A stretch of DNA of 63,829 bases, counting the filler, from Octopus bimaculoides (taxonomy: Eukaryota): assembly GCF_001194135.2 (NCBI RefSeq). It is 5 parts of 5 records of this genome, joined end to end, with 100 filler letters (N's around TTAATTAATTAA, not from the genome) between each part and the next. Parts side by side here need not be neighbours in the genome. Positions count along the whole stretch, not along the records: positions 48,940 to 56,874 come from NC_068996.1; positions 56,975 to 63,829 come from NC_069008.1; 3 more parts are not named here. One strand, given 5' to 3'. Both the position numbers and the translations under genes were made by a program. Shown in pieces: positions 51,416 to 63,829 of this stretch (position 1 is the first letter of the stretch; each line of letters opens with the position of its first letter). Below the pieces are notes generated by a model. That model did no database searches and was not told the DNA's origin. It saw nothing but the letters and a program-made list of their open reading frames with translations.

Positions 51416-52869
51416 CAGCAACAACATCGCGCAGCAATGGTGCATACTCACACACCTAACCTGATATCACAATTTGCGAATGGTAAATCTGTAGTTACAA
51501 GTTTCCATCGAACCATACATTTGTTCACTGCATTTCCGAGTATCCAGGGGAAGAAGAACTTATCCTTAAAAGATAATCATATTTACACACGCACACGCAC
51601 GCACACATACATATACCTGTAATCGTGTACGTGTAAATATAAACAATAGAATACTCACTCTCAAAATAGAGTGGTTTACTGGAAGTTGAAACTTGTCAAA
51701 TAGCTATTCTGAGATTTTCGACGCCGATCTTTGGAATGCTGTGATAAATAGAACCTGAAATTTGGTATATAATGTTACACTATCACAGCGAATGCTGTTT
51801 GCTGAAGTGAAATATCAATGGAATATATTTAGCTAATAAGATGACTGTTGTTTGAAAAATAGGAGAACGTTTGACACCCAAAATAGTAAAAATAAAATTG
51901 AAGTAAATTTGTGTAAACAATGCAATATGGAAGTATAAGAACATGAATATGTATATTTGAAAAAATATATATATATTTAACAAAAAATATGCTGTATCAT
52001 TAAAAAGTCAGGGATTTTTGAAAAATTTACTACGTCAAATAACAATTTGGTGGTACAATTACGGAGTAGGAACATCGAAGGTGGTTTACAGTAACCAAAC
52101 AATTCTGAATGTTCTTTAATTCGAGAATTAAGCGTTACATATCCCAGTTCCTTCAAACAGATGTGTTTGCATAAATTTGTGTCAAATTTCTTTAGAGGGT
52201 TACTAAATGCAAATAGTCCTTAATAAAAACGAATTACAAAGCAATTCCAATTAGGCTGATGTAAGCCTTGGAGGACACTAAGGCTAGAATTTATTAGAAT
52301 TTTAGCGGGTTAGATAAATGATGCAATGTGGCTTTAGCCCTGGTAATATAATATCTTCTAGGTAAATAAGAATCAGGATAACGAACGTCAATAAATATGA
52401 AGACAATATAAAATTGACAGCAACATTTATTCCGACACCAAATGGAAATACAGCTGGCATAACATGAATAAATTTCTCAAATACATTTCATAGTTTCAGT
52501 GTTTCTTGAAAATGAAGATGAACGTTGGAAGAAACGCTAAGCATAGCGTCAAGAATTTATGCTACAATTTTCTTCCCACTGAAGCCGCAAAATGGAATAA
52601 AACTACTCTCATGGCGAAGATCAAAACTCGTTCGCCTCAGCTCACCTCCCTCCGGAGGAAAAACCTTCCCTTAAATAGCTGATGTTTGGACGCTTGATTA
52701 GTCTATCACGTTAAGGGGTGGACAGTCTGCGTAAAGTTAAATGGACTTGACCATCATGTGATGAGCCAAAATGAGTACCTAAAGCTAAAATGGCAAAATG
52801 CGGATACCTAAGGGTAAAGAGCGATCATAATTTTGCTACAGAACTTTCGAAATTGCAATCCAGTTACAT

Positions 52870-52876
52870 GTAGAAC

Positions 52877-52945
<69 letters not shown>
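52870..52945. repeat. (ATT)n microsatellite
   Basis: Direct observation. Confidence 0.95.
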
Positions 52946-52946
<1 letters not shown>

Positions 52947-53344
52947 GTGATGATGAGAGTGTTGTTGTTTTATTGTTGTTGCTGTTGTAGAGGTTTCTGG
53001 AATTAAAATGATTAATAGTTTCAATTAGAAAAGCTTATCTCAAATGTATTTCTATTAAAATACCCACCACTAACAAAAAACATAGCAACAGTTTATCAGC
53101 TAATGAAAAAGGCTTAAACTTGTGAAGTTCCAAGGAAATGTGAGGGTGGATATTTGCACTAAATAGAGGATTAGACGATAGAGTATTTCTTGGTCTGTTT
53201 CTACATTTGGAAATACTGGTTCACTCACGTTGTGTATCGAATTTTTTTCTGAGTCACTATCATGAAATATCTTCCCGTCATAATGACAAACTCTAAGTAA
53301 ATGCATTCTCGTTGAAAATAAGGAGAATCTACATTTACCAATGT

Positions 53345-53615
53345 GGAGGAGCATGGCCTAGTGGTTAGAGCAGCTGACTAGCGGTCGAGGAATCGCGGGT
53401 TCAAATCTCAGACCGGGTGATATGTGTGTTTATGAGCAAAACACCTAAACTCCACGCGGCTCCGGCAGAAGATAATGGCGAACTTTTGCTGACTCTTTTG
53501 CCACAACTTTCTCTCACTCTTCCCCTCTGCATTTAGCAGCTCACCTGAGACGGAGTGGTGTCCCGTCCAGGTGGGGAACCTATAAGCCAATGAAACCGGG
53601 AAACTGGCCCTTATA
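53345..53615 (+). mobile_element. tRNA-derived SINE family D
   Basis: A box tggcctagtgg, B box ggttcaaatct; homologous to 12255-12572. Confidence 0.82.
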
Positions 53616-54404
53616 AGGAACAAACAACAACAACAAAAACATTTACCAATGATGGGGACAATTTTCTTAGAATATTAGGTAGGATACAAATCCTTAATTA
53701 TCTAAAATACACTTTCATTAAGTTTTTTGTATGATAGAATTTATTCATAAGACGCACGCACAAAAATGAGGTTTCAAGCAATGATGTATAAGTTTATTCT
53801 TGATACGTTCTGGTAGATTTCAATGTGACTATCTAATCATTGTCGGAAAAAACTTCGTCCCTTTGGACCATGAGTTTTCATAATATACACGATTTATAGG
53901 TGTAAAGTAAACTTTGAAACATTGCGATGTTTCGACCTTGTTGTATATCTCCTCAGTTAAAGCTATATTTTACTAATGAATATGATAAAAACACCAGCTC
54001 TCCTTTATAAGAACCAGCAAACTTATTAATAGCTGATGCGTGTTGATGTCTACAAAAACATAATAATTCATCGGGTGAATGCAGAACAGTGAGAATTCAA
54101 ACATACATGATTTAAAAGGAAGTGTTCTCTTTGATGGCGGCAAACAACAGCGATCAGATTTTTATGCTCGAATATGTCAGAACGTGTTAAGAATGGAAAT
54201 ATACGGCATTGTTTGGATAATTCCGCAGCATATTCACCATCGACTTCAATTAGTTCTTTCTATTTTCTTGGCAGACGGTCAGACCGTCATTTAAAGGCGT
54301 TCTTGTTAAATTATGTTTTCGTTGATTAAAATTTGTTGAAAAAAGCCGCAATAATTATGCACCAACCCAATATATACAAGTATATACATATGTATATACA
54401 TACA

Positions 54405-54463
<59 letters not shown>

Positions 54464-55455
54464 NNNNNNNNNNNNNNNNNNNNNNNNNNNNNNNNNNNNN
54501 NNNNNNNNNNNNNNNNNNNNNNNNNNNNNNNNNNNNNNNNNNNNNNNNNNNNNNNNNNNNNNNNNNNNNNNNNNNNNNNNNNNNNNNNNNNNNNNNNNNN
54601 NNNNNNNNNNNNNNNNNNNNNNNNNNNNNNNNNNNNNNNNNNNNNNNNNNNNNNNNNNNNNNNNNNNNNNNNNNNNNNNNNNNNNNNNNNNNNNNNNNNN
54701 NNNNNNNNNNNNNNNNNNNNNNNNNNNNNNNNNNNNNNNNNNNNNNNNNNNNNNNNNNNNNNNNNNNNNNNNNNNNNNNNNNNNNNNNNNNNNNNNNNNN
54801 NNNNNNNNNNNNNNNNNNNNNNNNNNNNNNNNNNNNNNNNNNNNNNNNNNNNNNNNNNNNNNNNNNNNNNNNNNNNNNNNNNNNNNNNNNNNNNNNNNNN
54901 NNNNNNNNNNNNNNNNNNNNNNNNNNNNNNNNNNNNNNNNNNNNNNNNNNNNNNNNNNNNNNNNNNNNNNNNNNNNNNNNNNNNNNNNNNNNNNNNNNNN
55001 NNNNNNNNNNNNNNNNNNNNNNNNNNNNNNNNNNNNNNNNNNNNNNNNNNNNNNNNNNNNNNNNNNNNNNNNNNNNNNNNNNNNNNNNNNNNNNNNNNNN
55101 NNNNNNNNNNNNNNNNNNNNNNNNNNNNNNNNNNNNNNNNNNNNNNNNNNNNNNNNNNNNNNNNNNNNNNNNNNNNNNNNNNNNNNNNNNNNNNNNNNNN
55201 NNNNNNNNNNNNNNNNNNNNNNNNNNNNNNNNNNNNNNNNNNNNNNNNNNNNNNNNNNNNNNNNNNNNNNNNNNNNNNNNNNNNNNNNNNNNNNNNNNNN
55301 NNNNNNNNNNNNNNNNNNNNNNNNNNNNNNNATATATATATATATATATATATACATACATACATATATATGCATACATATATATATATGCATATATACA
55401 TATATATATTTCGGAGCGAATGGTTCTTTTATTACAATCCTGTAAATAATAATAA

Positions 55456-55598
55456 AGGAATTTATTATATAAGCTTAAGGCTTATTGTGACCACCGTACA
55501 ATGACTAAGGAAAATAGTCTAATATGCACCTTCATTAGACTATTTTCCTTAATTGCTGCACGGTGATTGCCATAAGCTTTAAGCTTATATAAAAATAC
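55456..55598. mobile_element. Palindromic MITE-like element between (TA)n tracts
   Basis: tatataagcttaaggcttat/ataagctttaagcttatata, caccgtaca/tgcacggtg, aaggaaaatagtctaat/attagactattttcctt. Confidence 0.8.
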
Positions 55599-55619
55599 CA
55601 TATATATATATATATGTAG

Positions 55620-56560
55620 GAGTATCATAATCTGAAGGGGTACTCACTACAGAAATGCAAACGAAAATTGAGAAGGAGTACATCAGAAGGGCGAGGAAGC
55701 TAATGAAGTCAAATTAATCAGCACTGAAAATATAACACTCGGCATAGACACAGAAATCAGAAAATTAGGTCACAGTCACCCATACACATACCTATGAATA
55801 ATGAAAGACAAGATTAGGAGAGAATATTACAGAAGAGTTAGACTAATATTAGACACTGAATCCAATGCTAAAAAAATAAGATAATAGGGATAAATACGCT
55901 TGCCATATCAGTCATAAACTACAGCTCCAACATTATAAACTGGAAGATTACTGAATTGAAACTGACAAACTGACAAAGAAATAGAAGCTAATCTCCCAGA
56001 CGTAGTAATCAAGAAATGGGGGAAAAAAAACACCTGTTTACTGATAGACATTGCAGTCCTTTCTGACCAAAATATTGCCTCAAAAGAAGTTGACAAATTG
56101 TCAAAGTATAAAGACCTGGTAGCTGAAGTATTCAAAATATGGGGCATGGTTGTAAAAACAATACCTGTTATAACTGGAGTGCTGAGTATGATAAAAAAAA
56201 AACAACATATCAACAAAAACATAGAAATTATACTTGGATCCTCAACACTACACACTATCCGAAAAATAGTCCTGCTAGGAACAGCCCACATCCTAAGCAA
56301 GACATTATCAAATCAATAAAACAACTCAAACAAAACAATCCACAAACATATGACACTCTCTATATAGCAAATATTCAATGAAACAAATAACCACCAATAG
56401 GTCGATTAGCCAACAAAAGTACATAACTCGCATTACACGCACAGCACACAGTACAATCACTAATACAACAAAAGATTGCAGCCAGAGCCCATAACAAAAC
56501 AGACTAATGCAATACAATACCAGGAAGAATTTTCACACTTCCCCAACAAAAAAAAAAAAG
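55620..56560 (+). mobile_element. Second-family R4/Dong fragment, internally deleted
   Basis: MKDKIRREYYRRVRLIL..., then EANLPDVVIK...LLIDIAV, SKYKDL, KTIPVITGVL, KIVLLGTAHIL. Confidence 0.82.
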
Positions 56561-56650
56561 AACATACAATGCTTCACACACTCCCAACAACGTAACACGA
56601 AGGTGTAGCAGACGTTGCAGTAGAAATTTGCAGTATAAACTATGAAATGT

Positions 56651-56694
<44 letters not shown>

Positions 56695-56695
<1 letters not shown>

Positions 56696-56874
56696 TCATA
56701 GGTGCCCTGGGAATGACAGCGAAACGGGCTGATTACTACCTAGCTCAGATACCAGGAAACCCCAAAATGGCTGAAGTTCAAAAGATAGTGCTCATGGGAA
56801 CTGCCCATATCCTACGTAAAATACTGTCTATGTGATCTCAAATTTTAAAACAAGCACATAATTTTCTTATGGTT
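56695..56874 (+). mobile_element. 5'-truncated copy of the 6760-10405 Dong element, directly after (AAT)14
   Basis: VIGALGM...KIVLMGTAHILRKILSM plus 3' UTR aligns with 10075-10255. Confidence 0.9.
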
Positions 56875-57338
56875 NNNNNNNNNNNNNNNNNNNNNNNNNN
56901 NNNNNNNNNNNNNNNNNNTTAATTAATTAANNNNNNNNNNNNNNNNNNNNNNNNNNNNNNNNNNNNNNNNNNNNTCCACCCCCACCCCACCCCCGTTTAA
57001 TTGCGCCAATTTTTGTTTTCATATTCGTTTTCTATACACTTTTTTTAAAATACATACTGGATTTTTGTTTTCTTTTCCTGACCGGGGCTTAAACAGTATA
57101 TTAACCAACAAATCTCGTACAAATAACAGACATCTCTCTTCCAGAGCTAGAAATGGCAGTGAAATCTCGCACAAATGATAGACACCCCTTTCTCATTGCT
57201 AGAAATAACAGTGAAATCTCGCACAAGTCATAAAGATCTCACATGCATAAAAGACGAAGAAGACAAAAAAAGAAACAAGTCACAACCAGACCGCCTACAG
57301 AATTAAAAGATTCAACATTTTCATTGTGTAATACTTAC

Positions 57339-57485
57339 GGAAATGTTTTATAAAGGATAGATTTGTTATAAAGTGTGTGTTTAATAGGTATTAAACGTAA
57401 TTTAGAAGGTAAATAAGAGAAATTTATGCACGAGACGAACTTCTTTAATCCCAATGCGGAATTACAATTACGGCGCATGCGCATG
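57339..57485 (-). promoter_or_regulatory. Putative promoter and non-coding exon 1 of a further ZNF gene not assembled here
   Basis: NRF-1-like GCGCATGCGC 57473-57482, GTAAGT donor 57338-57333; paralogous to 61143-61330. Confidence 0.5.
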
Positions 57486-58502
57486 TTTCATATGAAATAC
57501 ATGGGAGCTAACTCTTGTCCGAACTTTTCAGCTTAATTCCATTTCTGGTGTATGTAACAAAAATTTAGTTTTAGATATTTTATGTGAAGGTAATTCTAAG
57601 TAGTAACACTAATTACAATCATCCTAACATTCCCGGTGCCAAGTTCCACATGTTCAAAGCGAGCTTATAAGTCTTCCTGTCTGTCGAGCAACAAATAGCC
57701 CCAACGCGATTACACGACAAGCTGGAAGCGAAGCGAACGATACTGGCTCAATTAGACTTTCATTCACAAAGAGTATGCAATGTATCAATATATGTGAAGG
57801 AGCGAAAACAGGATGAACNNNNNNNNNNNNNNNNNNNNNNNNNNNNNNNNNNNNNNNNNNNNNNNNNNNNNNNNNNNNNNNNNNNNNNNNNNNNNNNNNN
57901 NNNNNNNNNNNNNNNNNNNNNNNNNNNNNNNNNNNNNNNNNNNNNNNNNNNNNNNNNNNNNNNNNNNNNNNNNNNNNNNNNNNNNNNNNNNNNNNNNNNN
58001 NNNNNNNNNNNNNNNNNNNNNNNNNNNNNNNNNNNNNNNNNNNNNNNNNNNNNNNNNNNNNNNNNNNNNNNNNNNNNNNNNNNNNNNNNNNNNNNNNNNN
58101 NNNNNNNNNNNNNNNNNNNNNNNNNNNNNNNNNNNNNNNNNNNNNNNNNNNNNNNNNNNNNNNNNNNNNNNNNNNNNNNNNNNNNNNNNNNNNNNNNNNN
58201 NNNNNNNNNNNNNNNNNNNNNNNNNNNNNNNNNNNNNNNNNNNNNNNNNNNNNNNNNNNNNNNCATCTTTACCTGGAAGTGATAGTCATTAACAAACCAT
58301 GTATAGGGTTAGTAGGAGGTGTTGTTCCAGAAGAGAGTTTCCCACATTATGAAAAGGGCATGGGAGTAGGGGAGAGAATTTGGAAAGAAAGAAAAAGACT
58401 GAAATTTTTAGGAAACCATTATTTTCAGATTCATAATTTTCATTACATAAATCAGAAATATTATAAAGCAAAAGTAGTTTACAAAAGAACCCATACAAAC
58501 TA

Positions 58503-59668
<1,166 letters not shown>

Positions 59669-60323
59669 NNNNNNNNNNNNNNNNNNNNNNNNNNNNNNNN
59701 NNNNNNNNNNNNNNNNNNNNNNNNNNNNNNNNNNNNNNNNNNNNNNNNNNNNNAAAATCTACATTTCTACAGAAATAAACATTTACCTGAACAACTGAAC
59801 TTTTAATTTGACATTGTTGCTTAGCCCCGAGGCATCTCTTACTGAGCAGAAATACGATTAAAGACATTCCATTCAGCCTGTCTCTCTAGCATTGTATATC
59901 TAGGACTACATCATCCAATACAGTCTTCAATATTCACAAATGAAAGGTGAAATTTAAGGGAAATGTGCTGTTATTTCTAGTAGTTCATGTGACCACATAG
60001 AGAGCTTTGAAGCAAATTATGTTTTAAATTCTTACCATGTAGAATATCTCCCTCTCTATCTCTTTCAATTGTGTATCTTTTACTTTTCTCATTGATTCCA
60101 CTATTTCTGACTTTGTCTCCATTTGCTTTCTCAATAAATATTTCTCCATTCCAGTCATTACCTCCCTAACCATAAGCATCACAGACGCCCAAAAATTGAC
60201 AAAAACAAAAAGAATAATATTATGAGATAATGTTTGGAAGTTTTTATCCTTTCTCTTTTTTATGCTTTTGCACTTAAATACGCTTGTGTTCCTTGTAATG
60301 GAATTTACGACTCTGAAAAATTA

Positions 60324-60560
60324 CCAATTTTGTTTCGGTACTACTAAAGCAGCACGGTCCCGAACGCGCAGCCGTGCAGTCGCGCTAGCTAGTCGTAAGT
60401 GGTCGATCCTAGCGCTGACCCTGTCCCTAACCCGAACCCTAAACACGTATTCATTTGCACACGCGGGTTAGGGTTAGGGTTAGGGACAGGGTCAGGATCG
60501 ACCACTCGCGACTGCGCTGCTTTAGTAGTACCTTTAGTTTCTAAAAACTGCAAAAATTGG
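60324..60560. mobile_element. Foldback element with internal telomere-type repeats
   Basis: 17-bp perfect IR ggtactactaaagcagc (60337-60353 / 60516-60532); inner IRs cagtcgcg, gtggtcgatcct, tgaccctgtccctaaccc / (ttaggg)3acagggtca. Confidence 0.85.
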
Positions 60561-61142
60561 CTCAGACGTGGCGGTATGGTAAGAAGCTTTAACCCCAACC
60601 GGATGGTTCCAAGTTCAGTCTCACTGCATAGCACCATGAACAAGTTATGAGAAAATAAATTACTAGTGGTTTCGTCACACATCTGTACTTATATCAAGAA
60701 ACAAACATTCCATAAATTATAATAAAGTATCGAATCCTTACTGAACAGTTCAGTGATTGAGAAATATTCTGAAGTACACTCCAAACTAAAACACACAACA
60801 GACTGATACGGCAACGATGGAGAGTGTAGATGGGAGCTTGCATAGGCAGAAATAGCAGCCAAACCTCACACACATCATAGGCATCTGTCTTCCATAACTA
60901 GAAATAGCAGCCAATTTCTGTTTTCATATTCGTTTTCTATACACTTTTTTTTAACACATACTGGATTTTTGTTTTCTTTTCCTGACCGGGGCTTAAACAG
61001 TATATTAACCACCAAATCTCGTACAAATAACAGACATCTCTCTTCCAGAGCTAGAAATGGCAGTCAACTCTCGCATAAATCAGAGACATCTCTTTCCCAT
61101 TGTTAGAAATAACGGAGAAATCTCACAAATTATAATACTTAC

Positions 61143-61330
61143 GGAAATGTTTCATAAGGAAAAGAGTTATTATAAAGTGTGTGTATAATAAATATTAAAC
61201 GTACTTAAGTGAGTGTGTGTGAAGTTGAGAAACGTATCAAAAGTGTTTGTAGAAGTTAATTAAAAGAAATACATGCACGAGAGAAACTTCTGTTCAAAAC
61301 CAAAACGGAACTACAATTACGGCGCATGCG
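61143..61330 (-). promoter_or_regulatory. Putative promoter and non-coding exon 1 of ZNF paralog 1
   Basis: GCGCATGCG 61322-61330, GTAAGT donor 61142-61137; would splice to the acceptor at 59767. Confidence 0.55.
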
Positions 61331-61424
61331 TATATTTTGTATGGAACACATGGGAGCTAACTCTGGTCCCTTCTTTACAGCTTAATGCCATTCCTGGTCT
61401 GTCTGCCTGTGTAACATGCTATTG

Positions 61425-61635
61425 CTTCTGCACCTGTGGACCTCCATCTCTTCCCCAAGATGAAAATGCAACTCAAAGGCTGCCATTTTAAGAACATTGT
61501 CAAGATCCAGAACTAATCACAGAAGGTCCTTGACTCACTTAAACGAAACAACTGTGAGGTCAGATTCCAAGAGTGACAGGAACGCTGGGACCGGTGTGTT
61601 GCTGTTCAAGGTGACAATTTTAGAGATGATGTCAA
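61425..61635 (+). mobile_element. Mariner transposase C-terminal relic
   Basis: SAPVDLHLFPKMKMQLKGCHF...FQE*QERWDRCVAVQGDNF. Confidence 0.8.
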
Positions 61636-62372
61636 GAAACAACTAGTCAGGGGACTCTTATAATACCACCAGGTACATGGGTTGGATGCTTTTGACAAAC
61701 AACTCATCTATCCCAAGCTACCACTTAGACCACCAGATAAAGAAATGAGGAATTTCGCCAAAATATTTGTCCATGTCAGCAAAAGCCAAATTCCATCAGT
61801 TGCCTTACTAAAAACAGCATCGGTAGTGCTTCTCTCACAAAACAAAACTGTATCTCATCTAGTCTATCCCTTTTCCTAATCAATTGGGCTATGATCCCTG
61901 ATAAAACGAAGGAGGAGTTGACAAGGATGACACTCTCCTTGGGAAATTTTCTTCTTCAAATTTTATTAAATAATTGTAATCTAGACTTTTACTGAGTTTG
62001 ATATAAAACATAATTCTTCTGAAATTTATGAGAAAATAGTTTGTAGTCGAGCACTAAACTGTAGTTATGCCCCATTGTTTGCCGTTTGTGGTCTCTTCTG
62101 TTTAGTATTGAAAAATTAATAAAAATATACTGTGAATTGTGCAATTGATATTAAAGAAAGAAATTTGTATAGTGTTGGCAGGAGGAGGAGGTATTCTGGG
62201 AACAGAGGTCCCTACATCATGGGAAAGAACATGAAAGTAGGGGATGGAATAGGGAGAAAATTTGTAAAGAAAGACAAAATTTTTGAAAAAGCATTATTTT
62301 TAGAGTCACAATTTTCATTACATAAATCAGAAATATTTAAAAAAAACTAGTTTACAAAAGAACCCATATAAT

Positions 62373-63542
62373 CTACCCTTTTCTTTTCTCTCCTGTATGA
62401 ATTAGTTTGTGTTCAGTTAAAGGAATATTTTGAGAGAATGATTTACCACAAAACTCACAATGATATGGCTTCCCTCCTGTATGACTATGTTTGTGTTTAG
62501 TTAAGTCACAACTATCAGAAAATGATTTACCACAGATATCACAATCATAGGATTTCTCTCCTGCATGAATACATTTGTGTCTTGGTAAAGCACTACTATC
62601 AGAGAATGATTTACCACAGATATCACAGTGATATGGTTTCTCTCCTGTATGAATACGTATGTGTACAGTTAAGTTACTATTTTGAGAGAATGATTTACTA
62701 CAAAAATCACAATGATATGGCTTCTCCCGTGTATGAAAACGTATGTGTTTAGTTAAGTGACTATTGCTGGAGAACGATTTACCACAGATATCACAATGAT
62801 ATGGCTTCTCTCCTGTATGAATACGTTTGTGTGCAGTTAAATTACTACAGTCAGTGAATGATTTACCACAGATATCACAGTGAGATGGTTTCTCTCCTGA
62901 ATGAATACGTTTATGTTTAGTTAAGTGACTATTTTGTGAGAATGATTTACCGCAGATATCACAGTGATATGGCTCCTCTCCAGTATGAATACGTGTGTGT
63001 CCTGTTAAGTTACTATTTTGAGAGAATGTTTTACCACAGATATCACAATGATATGGTTTCTCTCCTGTATGAATACGTATGTGTGTAGAAAGATTACTGC
63101 TCTGAGAGAATGATTTACCACAGATATCACAATGGTAGGACTTCTCTCCTGTATGAATACGCTTGTGTTTAGAAAGATTACTATTATGAGAGAATGATTT
63201 ACCACAGATATCACAGTTATATGGTTTCTCTCCTGTATAAATACGTTTGTGTGCAGTTAAATTACTACAGTCAGTGAATGATTTACCACAAACATCACGT
63301 GATGGTTTCTCTCCCGAGTGAATACGTTTATGTTTAGTTAAGTCACTACTTTGAGAGAATGATTTACAACAGATATCACATTGATACAGCTTCTTTCTCC
63401 TATGAATATGTTTGTGTTCAATTAGATTACTTTTTCGAGAGAAGGACCTTTTACAGACATCACAGTCATATGATGGCTTTCTCATCTCTTTTATCATGTC
63501 TTCATGAGAAATCACTTCTTCAACCTGCTCACTCTTTTCCAT
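62373..63542 (-). CDS. C2H2 zinc-finger protein, paralog 2 (13 fingers, one broken)
   Basis: ATG at 63542 ([12 protein letters not shown]), TGEKPY-linked fingers, ends TGEKRKG-stop; acceptor at 63785-63784. Confidence 0.95.
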   Translation of the reverse strand: MEKSEQVEEVISHEDMIKEMRKPSYDCDVCKRSFSRKSNLIEHKHIHRRKKLYQCDICCKSFSQSSDLTKHKRIHSGEKPSRDVCGKSFTDCSNLTAHKRIYTGEKPYNCDICGKSFSHNSNLSKHKRIHTGEKSYHCDICGKSFSQSSNLSTHIRIHTGEKPYHCDICGKTFSQNSNLTGHTRIHTGEEPYHCDICGKSFSQNSHLTKHKRIHSGEKPSHCDICGKSFTDCSNLTAHKRIHTGEKPYHCDICGKSFSSNSHLTKHIRFHTREKPYHCDFCSKSFSQNSNLTVHIRIHTGEKPYHCDICGKSFSDSSALPRHKCIHAGEKSYDCDICGKSFSDSCDLTKHKHSHTGGKPYHCEFCGKSFSQNIPLTEHKLIHTGEKRKG

Positions 63543-63829
63543 TATTTTTCTCCTCAAATCACAATGTATATATAATGTTCTTGTTTTCCTTCTTATAGTT
63601 CACTCGTTACAAAGAATTTGCTTTGTACATCAATTCCTACCAGTCTTAAAATATGATAAATATTGAGGATGTATCTTCAGTTATCCCAATATCATATGAT
63701 GTTCTGAAATAATAAAGTTACATCAGTGTAAAATATGGAGGCTACTTAAAAAATACAGATTCAAAAGTGGGAAATTTACATTTCTACAGAAATAAGCATT
63801 TACCTGAACAACTGAACTTTTAATTTGAC

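Noticed and set aside
52755-52830. GTGATGA as a C/D snoRNA C box
   Set aside because: No D box (CTGA) or terminal stem at a suitable distance.
22813-55445. Many YIYI, CVCV, HTHT and poly-X ORFs
   Set aside because: Translations of microsatellites and N-gaps.
57640-57818. Mariner-like peptide RLHDKLEAKRTIL
   Set aside because: Too diverged to support and truncated by a gap.
59754-59867. ORF-track N-terminus MSLIVFLL... for ZNF paralog 1
   Set aside because: Lies upstream of the conserved splice acceptor and is linked only through Ns; the paralog shows this region is intron or UTR.

Overview
AT-rich, microsatellite- and SINE-dense eukaryotic draft-assembly DNA. The repeat content and zinc-finger type suggest a coleoid cephalopod, probably Octopus (inference, not a database result). 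Host genes: the last five coding exons of separase (ESPL1, +, 344-13776, catalytic His/Cys exon present); the first coding exon of MGAT2 (+, 38925-39515, remainder not in the window); two tandem-duplicated C2H2 zinc-finger genes (-, 58596-59766 and 62373-63783). Mobile DNA: a near-full-length decayed R4/Dong RLE retrotransposon in a separase intron plus two further fragments, a Tx1/L1-type LINE, RTE and CR1/L2 fragments, a mariner relic, piggyBac-type (TTAA) and hAT MITEs, and many tRNA-derived SINEs. Four TTAATTAATTAA linkers inside N-runs mark artificial scaffold joins, so continuity across 22370, 45246, 48884 and 56919 is not guaranteed. The most interesting signal not explained by the ORF track is a set of about eight Penelope-type type I hammerhead-ribozyme-like motifs from several unrelated repeats. 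One is near-intact (32364-32439, -) and one decayed copy lies immediately 5' of the Dong ORF. Also notable: long foldbacks (one with internal TTAGGG), a pre-miRNA-like hairpin, and a premature UAG in a zinc-finger gene that A-to-I editing could in principle recode. All structures were read by eye; nothing was folded or searched computationally.
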